Notes: generated by a model not told the origin, from the letters alone. DNA of 64,000 nucleotides from Candidatus Omnitrophota bacterium (GCA_035402765.1 DAONDX010000009.1:10350-74349); one strand, 5' to 3'. Numbered from the stretch's first letter, positions 26,875-37,184 are shown. A program made the numbers and translations.

Positions 26875-27927
26875 ATGCAGATTAACGATTTAATTAATCA
26901 TACCAGTGAATGGTTAAAGGGCACCGGGCCGAATTCGGACGTGGTGATCTCCAGCAGAATACGTCTGGCCAGGAACCTGAATAAATTTCCTTTTCCGCAT
27001 TGGGCATCCAAGCCGCAGTTAAACGCGGTGTTGGATAAAACCAGCCAGGCGATGGAAAAAGTAGACGCGCTTAAGAGCTCCACGCTTTTTGTTTTGGCCA
27101 GTTTAGACAGTATTGATAAACAGCTGCTCGTTGAAAGGCATCTGATGTCGATTGAGCATACGCAAAAGACAGAACAAAAAGCGGTGCTGATTAATGATGA
27201 AGAAAATATTTCCGTGATGATCAACGAAGAAGACCATCTGCGTATTCAGCTGATGCAGTCGGGTTTTAATCTTTTCGAGGCCTGGGAGATTATTAACGGT
27301 ATTGATGATGCTTTAGCCAAGCTTTTGGATTATGCGTATTTGGATGATTTCGGTTATCTTACCGCCTGCCCGACCAATACCGGTACGGGTATGCGCGGCT
27401 CAGTGATGTTACATTTGCCGGCATTAGTAATGAGCCGGCAGATCGAGCGGGTGTTAGCGGCGATTGCCAAATTGAGTTTTACTACCCGCGGGCTTTATGG
27501 CGAAGGCACGCAAGCCAGCGGTAATTTTTTTCAGATCTCTAACCAGGTTTCTTTAGGCCATAGCGAGAATGAGATTATTGAGAATATTAACGGTTTGATC
27601 CGTCAGATTATCGAGCAGGAGACGCAGGCCAGGGAGATTATGCTGGCTAAAAGCAAAGAGATCCTGGAGGATAGAGTCGGCCGTTCACTGGGCATTTTAA
27701 AAAGCGCCCGCATCATCACCAGCCAGGAGACGATTGAATTATTATCAATGGTCAGGCTAGGAAGCGATTTGGGCATGATTAAAGATATTGACCGGCGCAC
27801 GATCAATGAACTTTTTATTATTACGCAACCGGCACATTTGCAGAAGCTGGAGAATGTCAAGCTTTCCAGCGACCAGAGGGATTTAAAAAGGGCGGAATTA
27901 ATAAGGAAGAAGCTAAATTTATTATAA
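26875..27927 (+). CDS. mcsB: Protein-arginine kinase McsB (ATP:guanido phosphotransferase family)
   Basis: The phosphagen-kinase catalytic domain pattern is present (CPTNTGTGMRGSVMLHLP). It immediately follows mcsA. Confidence 0.85.
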   Translation: MQINDLINHTSEWLKGTGPNSDVVISSRIRLARNLNKFPFPHWASKPQLNAVLDKTSQAMEKVDALKSSTLFVLASLDSIDKQLLVERHLMSIEHTQKTEQKAVLINDEENISVMINEEDHLRIQLMQSGFNLFEAWEIINGIDDALAKLLDYAYLDDFGYLTACPTNTGTGMRGSVMLHLPALVMSRQIERVLAAIAKLSFTTRGLYGEGTQASGNFFQISNQVSLGHSENEIIENINGLIRQIIEQETQAREIMLAKSKEILEDRVGRSLGILKSARIITSQETIELLSMVRLGSDLGMIKDIDRRTINELFIITQPAHLQKLENVKLSSDQRDLKRAELIRKKLNLL

Positions 27928-27950
27928 TGATCCTGTACCTAGGCACTCGA

Positions 27951-28030
27951 AAAATTCTCTGGAATTTTATCGTAGGTTCAGGATAAATTCGCGGAGGCTC
28001 CGGTTTGCCGGAGCTATCGCTGGCATCATC
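27951..28030 (+). promoter_or_regulatory. Conserved upstream element (copy 2) in the mcsB-clpC intergenic region
   Basis: Three blocks AAAATTCTCT / GGATAAATTCGC / GCTATCGCT occur with the same spacing as at 20755-20830, upstream of htpX. Confidence 0.5.
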
Positions 28031-28071
28031 ATTTGATGTTGCAAGCGATCCGCTCATTTAGGAGATCAACC

Positions 28072-30492
28072 ATGTTTAATCGTTTTACGGAAAGAGCAAG
28101 AAAAGTAATCATTTTAGCTAAGGAAGAGGCCCGGCGTTTTAATCACGATTACATCGGTACTGAGCATATCCTTTTGGGATTAATCCGCGAAGGGGAAGGA
28201 GTAGCGGCGGCGGTATTGCAAAAGCTGGAGGTTTCACTTGAAAATATCCGCCTGGAGATTGAAAAGCTGGTCCAACCCGGTCCGACTACTCAAATTATCG
28301 GGGATATTCCTTTTACTCCGCGGGCTAAAAAAGCTTTAGAGCTTGCCGCCGAAGAAGCCCGTTCTTTGGGGCATAATTATATCGGTACGGAACATCTTTT
28401 ACTGGGTTTAATCCGGGAAGGCGAGGGGATCGCTTCGCAGGTTTTATTAAATTTAGGCATGGATTTAAATTCTGTGCGAAATGAAGTGATGAGCCTTTTG
28501 GGTTCGGCTTTACCGGGGATGAGCCCGCAAGGGGCCTCCGCATCAAAATCTAAGACTCCGGCCCTGGATGCTTTCGGGCGGGATCTTACGGCTTTGGCCC
28601 GTGAAAATAAATTGGATCCGGTAATTGACCGTTCGCAGGAAATTGAACGGGTCGTTCAGATCTTAAGCCGCCGGACTAAAAATAACCCGGTACTGTTAGG
28701 TGAAGCGGGGGTAGGAAAAACTGCGATCGTGGAAGGTTTGGCGCAGCTAATTATCCTGGGGAATATCCCGGAGGTTTTAAGAGGCAAGCGGATTGTAGTT
28801 TTGGACCTGGCTTTAATGGTCGCCGGTACTAAATACCGCGGACAGTTTGAGGAAAGAATTAAAGCGATTATGGAGGAGATTAAACGTTCCCAGGATGTAA
28901 TTATCTTTATCGATGAATTGCATACCTTAGTGGGGGCAGGCGCGGCCGAAGGGGCGATCGATGCTTCTAATATTATGAAGCCGGCGCTTTCCCGCGGAGA
29001 GATGCAATGTATCGGGGCCACGACCATCAATGAATACCGTAAATACATCGAGAAGGACGCGGCTTTAGAGCGCCGTTTTCAGACGATTATGGTCGAACCG
29101 CCGACGGTAGAGCAGACGGTTGAGATCTTAAAAGGCCTGCGCGATAAATACGAAGCGCACCACCGGGTTACTTTTAAGGATGAAGCTCTGGAGGCTGCCG
29201 CGGTATTGAGTGATCGTTATATTACAGGAAGGTTTATGCCCGATAAAGCGATCGACCTGATTGATGAAGCCGGATCCCGCGCGCGTTTAAATGTTTTGAT
29301 TGTTCCGGACAATATTAAGAGGATCGAAGCTAATGTCGAATCATTAAGAAAAGAAAAAGAAGCTTATATTAAAAGCCAGGATTTTGAAAAAGCGGCTTCC
29401 CTGCGGGATCAGGAACGTTCCTCCCGCCAGGAGTTGGAACGGTTAAATAAAGAATGGAGCCAGGCTAAAGATAAAATGCGCCCGGAGGTAACCGCCGAGG
29501 ATATTGCCAAAATTTTAGCGCAATGGACCGGGATTCCCGTTTTCAGATTAGAGGAAAAAGAAAGCGAGAAGCTGCTTAAGATCGAAGAGGAACTGCATAA
29601 GCGCGTGGTGGGCCAAAATGAAGCAATCGAAGCCATTGCTCACGCGGTGAGGCGTTCACGGGCCGGGATTAAAGATCCTAAGCGGCCGATAGGTTCATTT
29701 ATCTTCCTAGGTCCTACCGGGGTTGGTAAAACTCTCCTGGCCCGCGCTTTAGCGGAATTTATGTTCGGCGATCAGGATGCGTTGCTGCAGTTGGATATGT
29801 CGGAATATATGGAAAAATTTAATGTTTCACGTTTGATCGGTGCCCCTCCGGGGTATGTAGGATACGAAGAGGGCGGACAGCTTACAGAACGTGTACGCCG
29901 CAGGCCTTATGCGGTTATACTTTTGGATGAGATTGAAAAAGCTCACCCGGATGTTTTTAGTTTGTTGCTTCAGGTTTTTGAAGAAGGCCGCCTTACCGAC
30001 AGTTTCGGCCGGAAGGTAAACTTTAAAAATACGATTATTATTATGACTTCGAATGTCGGTGCTGAACTTATCCGTAAGACCGGCTCGCTGGGTTTTAAGT
30101 CGCAAAAAGAAGAGGGCACTTACCAGGATATGAAAGAGAAACTCCTGGAATCTGTTAAACATGCTTTTAAGCCTGAATTTTTAAACCGTATCGATGATAT
30201 TATTGTTTTTAGGCAGTTGATCCGCGAGGATCTGACTAAGATCATCGATATTGAAATCGGTTATGTTATTCAGCGCCTAAAGGAACAAAAAATAAGTTTG
30301 GAGGTCAGTCAGGAGGCCAAAGATCTTTTAATTGAAAAAGGATTTGATCCGGTATTTGGCGCCCGGCCTTTAAAAAGAACGATTCAAAGGTACCTGGAAG
30401 ATTCCCTGGCTAATGAGATTATTTCCAAGAAATTTAAGGAGGGCTCTTTGATTAAAGTAACGCGTAAAAATGAAGAGCTTATTTTTGAATAA
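28072..30492 (+). CDS. clpC: ATP-dependent Clp protease ATP-binding subunit ClpC
   Basis: Duplicated Clp_N repeats, two AAA+ modules (GEAGVGKTAIVEGLA; GPTGVGKTLLARALA) and a UVR linker are present. Confidence 0.95.
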   Translation: MFNRFTERARKVIILAKEEARRFNHDYIGTEHILLGLIREGEGVAAAVLQKLEVSLENIRLEIEKLVQPGPTTQIIGDIPFTPRAKKALELAAEEARSLGHNYIGTEHLLLGLIREGEGIASQVLLNLGMDLNSVRNEVMSLLGSALPGMSPQGASASKSKTPALDAFGRDLTALARENKLDPVIDRSQEIERVVQILSRRTKNNPVLLGEAGVGKTAIVEGLAQLIILGNIPEVLRGKRIVVLDLALMVAGTKYRGQFEERIKAIMEEIKRSQDVIIFIDELHTLVGAGAAEGAIDASNIMKPALSRGEMQCIGATTINEYRKYIEKDAALERRFQTIMVEPPTVEQTVEILKGLRDKYEAHHRVTFKDEALEAAAVLSDRYITGRFMPDKAIDLIDEAGSRARLNVLIVPDNIKRIEANVESLRKEKEAYIKSQDFEKAASLRDQERSSRQELERLNKEWSQAKDKMRPEVTAEDIAKILAQWTGIPVFRLEEKESEKLLKIEEELHKRVVGQNEAIEAIAHAVRRSRAGIKDPKRPIGSFIFLGPTGVGKTLLARALAEFMFGDQDALLQLDMSEYMEKFNVSRLIGAPPGYVGYEEGGQLTERVRRRPYAVILLDEIEKAHPDVFSLLLQVFEEGRLTDSFGRKVNFKNTIIIMTSNVGAELIRKTGSLGFKSQKEEGTYQDMKEKLLESVKHAFKPEFLNRIDDIIVFRQLIREDLTKIIDIEIGYVIQRLKEQKISLEVSQEAKDLLIEKGFDPVFGARPLKRTIQRYLEDSLANEIISKKFKEGSLIKVTRKNEELIFE

Positions 30493-31277
30493 TGTTTAAT
30501 CTATTTTTCATGGATTTGGGGCGTAAAGTACTTTCTTTTATGTACTTCTTAGGCGGTTTAGCCAGCTTAACCGGCCAGACGGCGTATCAGACTTTTAAAC
30601 CTCCGTATAAATATGACCATATCATTGAGCAGTCTAAAAAAGCCGGTTATGACAGCCTGCCGATTGTTTCGGTTGTCGCTTTGTTTATCGGTTTTATTTT
30701 CGCTTTGCAGTTCGGTTATTTTATGCAACGCATCGGTTCGGAGATGTATATTGCCAGTCTAGTGGCTTTGGCGATTGTGCGGGAACTGGGCCCGGTAATT
30801 ACGGCTTTGATTGTTGCCGGAAGAGTCGGCGCGGCCAACACCGCAGAACTGGGGTCAATGCAGGTCACCGAGCAAATCGACGCTTTGGAAACTTTAGCGA
30901 CTAACCCGGTAAAATATTTAGTAGTGCCGCGTTTTGTAGCGTTAGGGTTCATGCTTCCTTTGTTGACTTTATATGCCAATCTTGTCGGGATCGCGGGCAG
31001 CTATCTTATCTGTGTTTTTAAATTAGGAATTACCAGCAGCATGTATCGGAATATGACTTTTTCCGCCCTGCTGCATAAAGATCTATTTACCGGATTATTT
31101 AAGGCCTGGATTTTCGGGATGGTAATCGCCCTGGTCAGTTGTTATGAAGGCTTTAACGTTGAAGGCGGAGCGGTGGGGGTAGGCCGGGCGACTACCCGTT
31201 CGGTAGTTTTTAGCTTTTTGATGATTTTGGCCGCGGATTGTATTATTACCGCGCTATTTTATTTTATCTTTCCTTAA
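30492..31277 (+). CDS. mlaE: Mla ABC transporter permease
   Basis: The sequence is MlaE-like with multiple TM helices, and the ATG overlaps the clpC stop. Confidence 0.8.
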   Translation: MFNLFFMDLGRKVLSFMYFLGGLASLTGQTAYQTFKPPYKYDHIIEQSKKAGYDSLPIVSVVALFIGFIFALQFGYFMQRIGSEMYIASLVALAIVRELGPVITALIVAGRVGAANTAELGSMQVTEQIDALETLATNPVKYLVVPRFVALGFMLPLLTLYANLVGIAGSYLICVFKLGITSSMYRNMTFSALLHKDLFTGLFKAWIFGMVIALVSCYEGFNVEGGAVGVGRATTRSVVFSFLMILAADCIITALFYFIFP

Positions 31278-31279
31278 AA

Positions 31280-32041
31280 ATGATCGAAATACAGAATTTA
31301 AGTAAAAAGTTTAATAACAATCTGGTTCTGGATGGATTAAGCCTGGATGTTGCCACCGGTCAAACCTGTGTAATTATCGGCAGATCCGGTTGCGGTAAAT
31401 CCGTTTTACTTAAGACTATCGTAGGATTATTGAAACCGGATGCGGGCCGGGTTTTAGTTGAAGGTAAAGAAGTGGGTAAGCTACAGGAACTGGAGCTGGT
31501 GGCTTTACGTTCAAAAATCAGCATGGTTTTTCAGGGCGGGGCGCTTTTTGATTCAATGGATGTGACGGAAAATGTCGGGTTTTCGCTGCTGGAGCATACG
31601 CACTTAAACCGTAAAGAAATTTTAGGCCGGGTAGAGGAATCTTTGTCTTTGGTTGGTTTAGGCGGTATCGGTAATCTTATGCCCTCAGAGTTAAGCGGGG
31701 GGATGAAGAAGCGCGTGGCTTTGGCCAGGGCAATCTGTATCCGCCCGGAAATTATTCTTTATGATGAGCCGACCACCGGAGTTGATCCGATCACCGGTGA
31801 TAGTATTAATGAATTGATCCGTTCCTTGCATGATAAATTGCAGGTTACTTCAGTAGTCGTTACTCACGATATGAAAAGCGCTTATCATATTGCCGATAAG
31901 ATTGCGATGATGTATAAAGGAAAAATAATTTTAGAAGGCGCTCCTGATGAGATTCAGAAGACTCAGGATCCGGTGGTACACCAGTTTATTAACGGGCTTT
32001 CTAAGGGTCCGATTACTGAAATTGTCGATACTTTTAAATAA
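31280..32041 (+). CDS. mlaF: Mla ABC transporter ATP-binding protein
   Basis: Walker A GRSGCGKS and signature LSGGMKKR are present. Confidence 0.85.
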   Translation: MIEIQNLSKKFNNNLVLDGLSLDVATGQTCVIIGRSGCGKSVLLKTIVGLLKPDAGRVLVEGKEVGKLQELELVALRSKISMVFQGGALFDSMDVTENVGFSLLEHTHLNRKEILGRVEESLSLVGLGGIGNLMPSELSGGMKKRVALARAICIRPEIILYDEPTTGVDPITGDSINELIRSLHDKLQVTSVVVTHDMKSAYHIADKIAMMYKGKIILEGAPDEIQKTQDPVVHQFINGLSKGPITEIVDTFK

Positions 32042-32053
32042 GCGGAGGTTTAA

Positions 32054-32668
32054 ATGATTTTTGGTAAAACTAAATTAGAGCTTAAGGTAGGCACTTTTGT
32101 TTTTATCGGTCTTATCGTTTTAGTTATTTTTGTGTTATCCATCGGCGGATTTAAAACCTGGAGTTCGGGTTATAAGGTTAATTTGATTTTTAATTTTGCC
32201 AACGGGGTGAGGATCGGAGCGCCTGTGCGTTTTGCCGGTGTGGATGTGGGGGTAGTCAAAAACATCAATCTGCAGTTTAACCCGGATAAAGACCATTCGG
32301 ATGTGCGTCTGGAAGTTTGGATCAGGGATACGGTTAAGATCCCGGTTGATTCTACGGTCTGGATAAATACTTTGGGGTTGTTGGGGGAGAAATACGTAGA
32401 GGTGATGCCGGGTAAAGATTCCGCTCATATCCTTAAGGCGAATCAGGATTTAGCCGGGATTGATCCTGTGCCTACACATGAGTTATTTAGTAAAGCCGAA
32501 GCGATTATGGGGAATTTAGATAACGGAATCGCTAAAATCGTAAATAAAGAAGGCACGCTAGGCCGGCTGCTTTATGATGAAAAAATTTATAATGAATTAG
32601 AAGCCTTAGTTACGGATGTGCGTAAAAATCCCTGGAAGTTATTAATTAAGACTAAAGAAAAAAAATAA
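32054..32668 (+). CDS. mlaD: MlaD (MCE-domain periplasmic protein)
   Basis: An N-terminal TM is followed by an MCE domain. Confidence 0.8.
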   Translation: MIFGKTKLELKVGTFVFIGLIVLVIFVLSIGGFKTWSSGYKVNLIFNFANGVRIGAPVRFAGVDVGVVKNINLQFNPDKDHSDVRLEVWIRDTVKIPVDSTVWINTLGLLGEKYVEVMPGKDSAHILKANQDLAGIDPVPTHELFSKAEAIMGNLDNGIAKIVNKEGTLGRLLYDEKIYNELEALVTDVRKNPWKLLIKTKEKK

Positions 32669-32672
32669 TTAA

Positions 32673-32712
32673 CCCCGCACCTTCTTTTAATTAAACATCA
32701 GAAGGCGCAGGG
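32673..32712. repeat. Intergenic hairpin element, copy 1 (stem CCCCGCACCTTCT / AGAAGGCGCAGGG)
   Basis: An imperfect (11/13) copy of the stem shared with copies 2 and 3 encloses an AT-rich 15-nt loop and is followed by TTT. Confidence 0.6.
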
Positions 32713-32741
32713 TTTAGAATTAATGAATAGAGAGAAGGCGC

Positions 32742-34142
32742 ATGGTGAAGACTAAAACCATTTTTAGCTGTTCGGCTTGCGGTTATCAATCGCCTAAATG
32801 GCTGGGGCGGTGCCCGGATTGTAACAACTGGAATACTTTCAGTGAAGAAGACTATGCTCCGGTTTCTTCAAACAGCAAAGAGCGGGTGAGTTTATATAAA
32901 GACGGACCGGTGCTTTTGAAAGATGTGGTGGCCAGGGATGAAGACAGGCTAAAGACTAATATTGTTGAGCTGGACCGGGTTTTAGGCGGAGGGATTGTCC
33001 GCGGATCCGTAATTTTGATCGGCGGAGATCCCGGGGTAGGAAAATCTACTATCTCTCTGCAGGTTTCCAATCACCTGACTAAGCAGGGGATCGGAGTGCT
33101 TTATGTCAGCGGTGAAGAATCGGTAGCCCAGACTAAGTTACGCGCAAAACGTTTAGGTGAATCCGGAACCGATAACCTGTATATCGTCAATCAAACAGAT
33201 CTTTCTTTAATCATTGAATATATAAAAAAATTAAAACCTCAGGTTGTGGTGATTGATTCTATCCAGGTGGTTTTTGATCCAATGATCAGTTCCTCTCCGG
33301 GCAGCGTAAGCCAGGTCAGGGAATGCGCCGCCAGCCTTACGCAATTAGCTAAAACTACCGGAACTTCAATTTTTATTATCGGCCATGTAACCAAAGAAGG
33401 CACGCTGGCTGGCCCGCGCGTTTTAGAGCATATCGTAGACACCGTGCTTTATTTTGAAGGCGACCGTTTTGCGATCTACAGAATATTGCGCGCGGTAAAG
33501 AACCGGTTTGGCTCGACTAATGAGATCGGGGTATTTGAAATGGCTCCGGAGGGGTTACTGGAAGTAAAAAATCCTTCCGAGATCTTTCTTTCTGAGCGGC
33601 CGTCTAATGTTTCCGGCACTATTGTTACTTCCATCCTGGAAGGTTCCCGGCCTTTATTGGTTGAGATCCAATCTTTAGTTTCCAGAAGCAGTTTTGGTTA
33701 TGCGCGCCGCCGCGCGCAAGGTTTTGATTTTAACCGGTTATCTTTATTGGTTGCGGTTCTGGAAAAACGCATGGGTTTGGCTTTGGAGGCTGAAGATATA
33801 TTTATTAATGTTACCGGCGGGATTAAGATTGAAGATCCGGCGGCGGATCTGGCGGTCTGCGCGGTGATTGCTTCCAGTTTTCGCGATCAGGAAGTGCTGC
33901 CTAAAGCGGTAGTTTTGGGAGAAGTAGGATTAAGCGGAGAAATCAGAAGCATTTCGCAGGTGCTTACGCGGATCAATGAAGCCGAGAAGTTGGGCTTCCA
34001 GCATTGTATTCTGCCCAAAAACAGCATTAAGAACCTTAAATTAAAAAAATCGGATATGGAGATTATCGCCGTTTCGACTTTAAAAGAAGCCTTAGATATT
34101 ATTCTAAAATCATCAATCAAGCAGCAAGGCATTTCTGGTTAA
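32742..34142 (+). CDS. radA: DNA repair protein RadA/Sms
   Basis: An N-terminal zinc ribbon CSACGY...CPDC, a RecA-like Walker A GDPGVGKST, KNRFG and a C-terminal Lon-like domain are present. Confidence 0.9.
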   Translation: MVKTKTIFSCSACGYQSPKWLGRCPDCNNWNTFSEEDYAPVSSNSKERVSLYKDGPVLLKDVVARDEDRLKTNIVELDRVLGGGIVRGSVILIGGDPGVGKSTISLQVSNHLTKQGIGVLYVSGEESVAQTKLRAKRLGESGTDNLYIVNQTDLSLIIEYIKKLKPQVVVIDSIQVVFDPMISSSPGSVSQVRECAASLTQLAKTTGTSIFIIGHVTKEGTLAGPRVLEHIVDTVLYFEGDRFAIYRILRAVKNRFGSTNEIGVFEMAPEGLLEVKNPSEIFLSERPSNVSGTIVTSILEGSRPLLVEIQSLVSRSSFGYARRRAQGFDFNRLSLLVAVLEKRMGLALEAEDIFINVTGGIKIEDPAADLAVCAVIASSFRDQEVLPKAVVLGEVGLSGEIRSISQVLTRINEAEKLGFQHCILPKNSIKNLKLKKSDMEIIAVSTLKEALDIILKSSIKQQGISG

Positions 34143-34168
34143 GAAGTTACCTGGCGTTTATGGTTAAG

Positions 34169-34299
34169 CCGCGTTAAGTTGAATTGCGTGGGTGTCTGTT
34201 GGGTAACGGAGAATAGCGCTGGTGTCCCTTAATATGGGCGCGTGGATATGCCATTGCACCCGACGCTAGTTGGAATTGCGTCGGTGTTGTGTACGTACA
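34169..34299 (+). promoter_or_regulatory. Leader with two copies of a hairpin motif (loop TTRGTTGRAATT) and a 12-bp palindrome GTGTACGTACAC upstream of yacL
   Basis: The hairpins are CCGCG-ttaagttgaatt-GCGTGG at 34169-34191 and CGACGC-tagttggaatt-GCGTCG at 34261-34283, each followed by GTGT. The palindrome at 34288-34299 abuts the RBS. Confidence 0.4.
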
Positions 34300-34314
34300 C
34301 AAGGAGGCAAACAG

Positions 34315-35295
34315 ATGAATTTATTATTAGCACGGCTTTTGTTTATTTTTGGCAGCATGTTTATCGGCTATCAGGCAACGGTAGTCGGAGGTAACGGTCT
34401 GGCGGGTATAATGATCGGTGCGTTGGCAGCGATGATAATGATTTTTATTGAAGTAGGCTTGCGTAAAGTTTCAGTCAGCGGTTTATCCAGCGCGGTATTC
34501 GGCTTAATTTTAGGTTTGATCATGGCTAAGTTAGTCGGAGATGCTTTTAGCCTGGCTCCAGTGGATGCCGGTACGCTTTCCCGGATCCGGGTGGGATTAA
34601 CTTTGATCTTTTGTTATTTGGGCATGGTAATGGCTTTGCGCGGAAAAGATGAATTTAATATTATTATTCCTTATGTGCGCTTGCGCCGGCAGGATCAATC
34701 GCAGGATGTCATTCTCCTGGATACCAGCGTAATTATTGACGGAAGGATCGTGGATATCTGTAAAACGCGTTTTTTAGGCGGAAAAGTAGTTATCCCTAAA
34801 TTTGTGCTTAGAGAATTGCAGCAGATCGCGGATTCTACCGATCCGATCAAACGGCAACGCGGCAGACGGGGTTTGGAGATTTTGAATACTATTCAAAACG
34901 AACCGGGGATGGATATTGCTATTCATGAACAGGATTTCACGGAGACCTCAGAAGTAGATGCGAAATTAGTTTTGTTAGCTAAGTTGCTGGAAGCTAAAAT
35001 CCTGACCGTAGATTTTAATTTAAATCGCGTAGCCAGCATTCAGGGGATTAAAGTATTGAATATTAATGAGTTGGCCAATGCCCTTAAACCGGTGGTTTTC
35101 CCCGGGGAAGAGATGAATATCAAGTTGATTAAAGAAGGCAAGGAGCATAACCAGGCGGTAGGCTATCTGGATGACGGTACGATGGTGGTAGTGGAAGATG
35201 CCCGGCGTTTAATCGGCCAGGATGTTAAGGTAGCGGTCACTTCAGTTTTGCAAACCCAGGCCGGCCGGATGATCTTTACCAAAGTTGAAAAATAA
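34315..35295 (+). CDS. yacL: Membrane-anchored PIN and TRAM domain protein (YacL family)
   Basis: N-terminal TM helices are followed by a PIN domain ([14 protein letters not shown]) and a C-terminal TRAM-like beta-barrel. The start is at 34315 after RBS AAGGAGG. Confidence 0.75.
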   Translation: MNLLLARLLFIFGSMFIGYQATVVGGNGLAGIMIGALAAMIMIFIEVGLRKVSVSGLSSAVFGLILGLIMAKLVGDAFSLAPVDAGTLSRIRVGLTLIFCYLGMVMALRGKDEFNIIIPYVRLRRQDQSQDVILLDTSVIIDGRIVDICKTRFLGGKVVIPKFVLRELQQIADSTDPIKRQRGRRGLEILNTIQNEPGMDIAIHEQDFTETSEVDAKLVLLAKLLEAKILTVDFNLNRVASIQGIKVLNINELANALKPVVFPGEEMNIKLIKEGKEHNQAVGYLDDGTMVVVEDARRLIGQDVKVAVTSVLQTQAGRMIFTKVEK

Positions 35296-35981
35296 TGCTT
35301 AGCGCGATTATTGTGGCTGCCGGAAGCGGCAGGCGATTAAAATCTGTCGTCTCCAAACCTTTGGTTAAAATCGGTAAATTGCCGGTAATTAATTATTCTT
35401 TGAGTGTTTTAGACAAACATCCGGCGATTAGCGAGATTATCGTGGTAGTCAATGCTCAGAACCGCCCGGCGATCAAACGCCTGCTTAATAATTGCTCTTT
35501 TAAAAAAGTTAAGCCTTTGGTGCTCGGTGGGAAGCGGCGGCAGGATTCAGTCTATCGGGGGTTAAAAGCGGTCAGCGTAAACAGCGCTTGGGTGTTGATC
35601 CATGATGCCGCCCGGCCGTTCATCGATAAGGCAATGATATCTTCAGTCGTTTCGGCGGCTAAAAAAACCGGCTCAGCCGTTGTGGCTGTGCAACCAAAAG
35701 CAACGATAAAATTATCGCAAAAGAATAATATCGTTCAGAAAACTTTAGACCGGGAAAAACTTTGGGAAATTCAGACTCCGCAGGTTTTCAAAAAAGAATT
35801 AATTTGGCGGGCCTATGAAAAGTATGCCGGTAGCTGTGTTACTGATGATGCGGCTTTGATCGAAAAATTGGGCAGGCCAGTTGAGCTGGTCAGGGGTAAG
35901 TATGAAAATATCAAGATTACTACGGCTGAAGATCTGCTGTTGGCCGGATTAATTGCTGAAAGGTTAAAAAATGCGGTATAA
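35295..35981 (+). CDS. ispD: 2-C-methyl-D-erythritol 4-phosphate cytidylyltransferase
   Basis: IIVAAGSGRRL and the IspD fold are present. Confidence 0.85.
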   Translation: MLSAIIVAAGSGRRLKSVVSKPLVKIGKLPVINYSLSVLDKHPAISEIIVVVNAQNRPAIKRLLNNCSFKKVKPLVLGGKRRQDSVYRGLKAVSVNSAWVLIHDAARPFIDKAMISSVVSAAKKTGSAVVAVQPKATIKLSQKNNIVQKTLDREKLWEIQTPQVFKKELIWRAYEKYAGSCVTDDAALIEKLGRPVELVRGKYENIKITTAEDLLLAGLIAERLKNAV

Positions 35982-36453
35982 AATTGGTATAGGTTATGAT
36001 ATCCACCGCCTGGTTGAAGGAAGAAAGCTGCTTTTAGGGGCAGTGGAGATTCCTTATTCTAAAGGCCTGCTGGGGCATTCCGACGGGGATGCGCTCATCC
36101 ATGCGCTTTGCGATGCGATATTAGGCGCTTTAGCTTTCGGTGATATCGGCGAACATTTCCCGGATACGGATCCTAAATATAAAGATATTGCCAGCAGCCA
36201 GCTGTTAACCATGGTTAAGGAATTTTTAGATGATAGCGGATATAAAATCAATAACCTGGATGTAATTATTATTGCCCAGGAGCCCAAATTGCTGCTTTAT
36301 AAAAAACAAATGCGGGAAAATATCTGTGAACTTTTAGGGATCCGGCGGGATCTTTTAAATATCAAAGCCAAGACTAATGAAGGGTTAGGGGAGCTGGGCC
36401 GTTGCGAAGCAATTGCCTGCTATGTTACAGCGTCATTAATTAAGGGAGAGTGA
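35971..36453 (+). CDS. ispF: 2-C-methyl-D-erythritol 2,4-cyclodiphosphate synthase
   Basis: [10 protein letters not shown] and [10 protein letters not shown] match the IspF metal site. Confidence 0.9.
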   Translation: MRYKIGIGYDIHRLVEGRKLLLGAVEIPYSKGLLGHSDGDALIHALCDAILGALAFGDIGEHFPDTDPKYKDIASSQLLTMVKEFLDDSGYKINNLDVIIIAQEPKLLLYKKQMRENICELLGIRRDLLNIKAKTNEGLGELGRCEAIACYVTASLIKGE

Positions 36454-36454
36454 G

Positions 36455-37135
36455 ATGGCTTATCTTATCTGCATTTTTATTATATTATTAACGATATTTC
36501 TAATTAAGCTGATACTTATTTCCGTATTCTTTTATGCGGATATCCGGGCGGCGCAGAAAAGAGATCCGGCAGCCAAGAGTTTTCTGGAGGTAATTTTACT
36601 TTACCCTGGCTTGCACGCTTTAATTTATTATCGTATTGCGCATGCTTTCTATAGCATAAGGTTATTTTTTTTAGCGCGCCTGTTATCTCAAATTGCCAGG
36701 TTTTCTACCGGTATCGAGATCCATCCGGGAGCTCGAATCGGCAAGCGTTTTTTTATCGATCATGGGCTAGGGGTGGTGATCGGAGAGACGACGATTATTG
36801 GAAATGATGTTTTGCTTTATCAGGGCTCGACTTTAGGCGGTACCGGGATCGTCGGTGGTAAGCGCCATCCGACGATCGGTAATAATGTGGTGATCGGCGC
36901 CGGAGCCAAAGTTTTAGGCAATATTGTAATCGGAGATAATTCCTATATCGGAGCAAACGCGGTAGTGGTCAAAGATGTACCGCCGAATTCCACAGTGGTC
37001 GGTATTCCCGGTAGAATTACTAAACAGGATGGCAAAAAAATGGACACCGACCTGGACCATGCGCGGATACTGGACCCGATTATGCAGACGATTGAAGAAC
37101 TGCAGGATAGAATTAAGAATTTAGAGAAAAATTAA
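36455..37135 (+). CDS. cysE: Serine O-acetyltransferase
   Basis: A left-handed beta-helix with hexapeptide repeats and the SAT N-terminal region are present. Confidence 0.8.
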   Translation: MAYLICIFIILLTIFLIKLILISVFFYADIRAAQKRDPAAKSFLEVILLYPGLHALIYYRIAHAFYSIRLFFLARLLSQIARFSTGIEIHPGARIGKRFFIDHGLGVVIGETTIIGNDVLLYQGSTLGGTGIVGGKRHPTIGNNVVIGAGAKVLGNIVIGDNSYIGANAVVVKDVPPNSTVVGIPGRITKQDGKKMDTDLDHARILDPIMQTIEELQDRIKNLEKN

Positions 37136-37150
37136 TCAGCGGTAAGTTGT

Positions 37151-37184
37151 AAGCCGTAAGCTTTAAGCTTAAAACTTACGGCTT
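37151..37184 (+). promoter_or_regulatory. Strong hairpin between cysE and cysS (10-bp stem AAGCCGTAAG/CTTACGGCTT)
   Basis: A perfect 10-bp stem encloses a 14-nt loop containing AAGCTT. No T-tract follows. Confidence 0.4.

Noticed and set aside
27938-27968. CIRCE (HrcA) element suggested by TAGGCACTC next to clpC
   Set aside because: Only the left half loosely matches TTAGCACTC. The right half after 9 nt is TCTGGAATT, not GAGTGCTAA.
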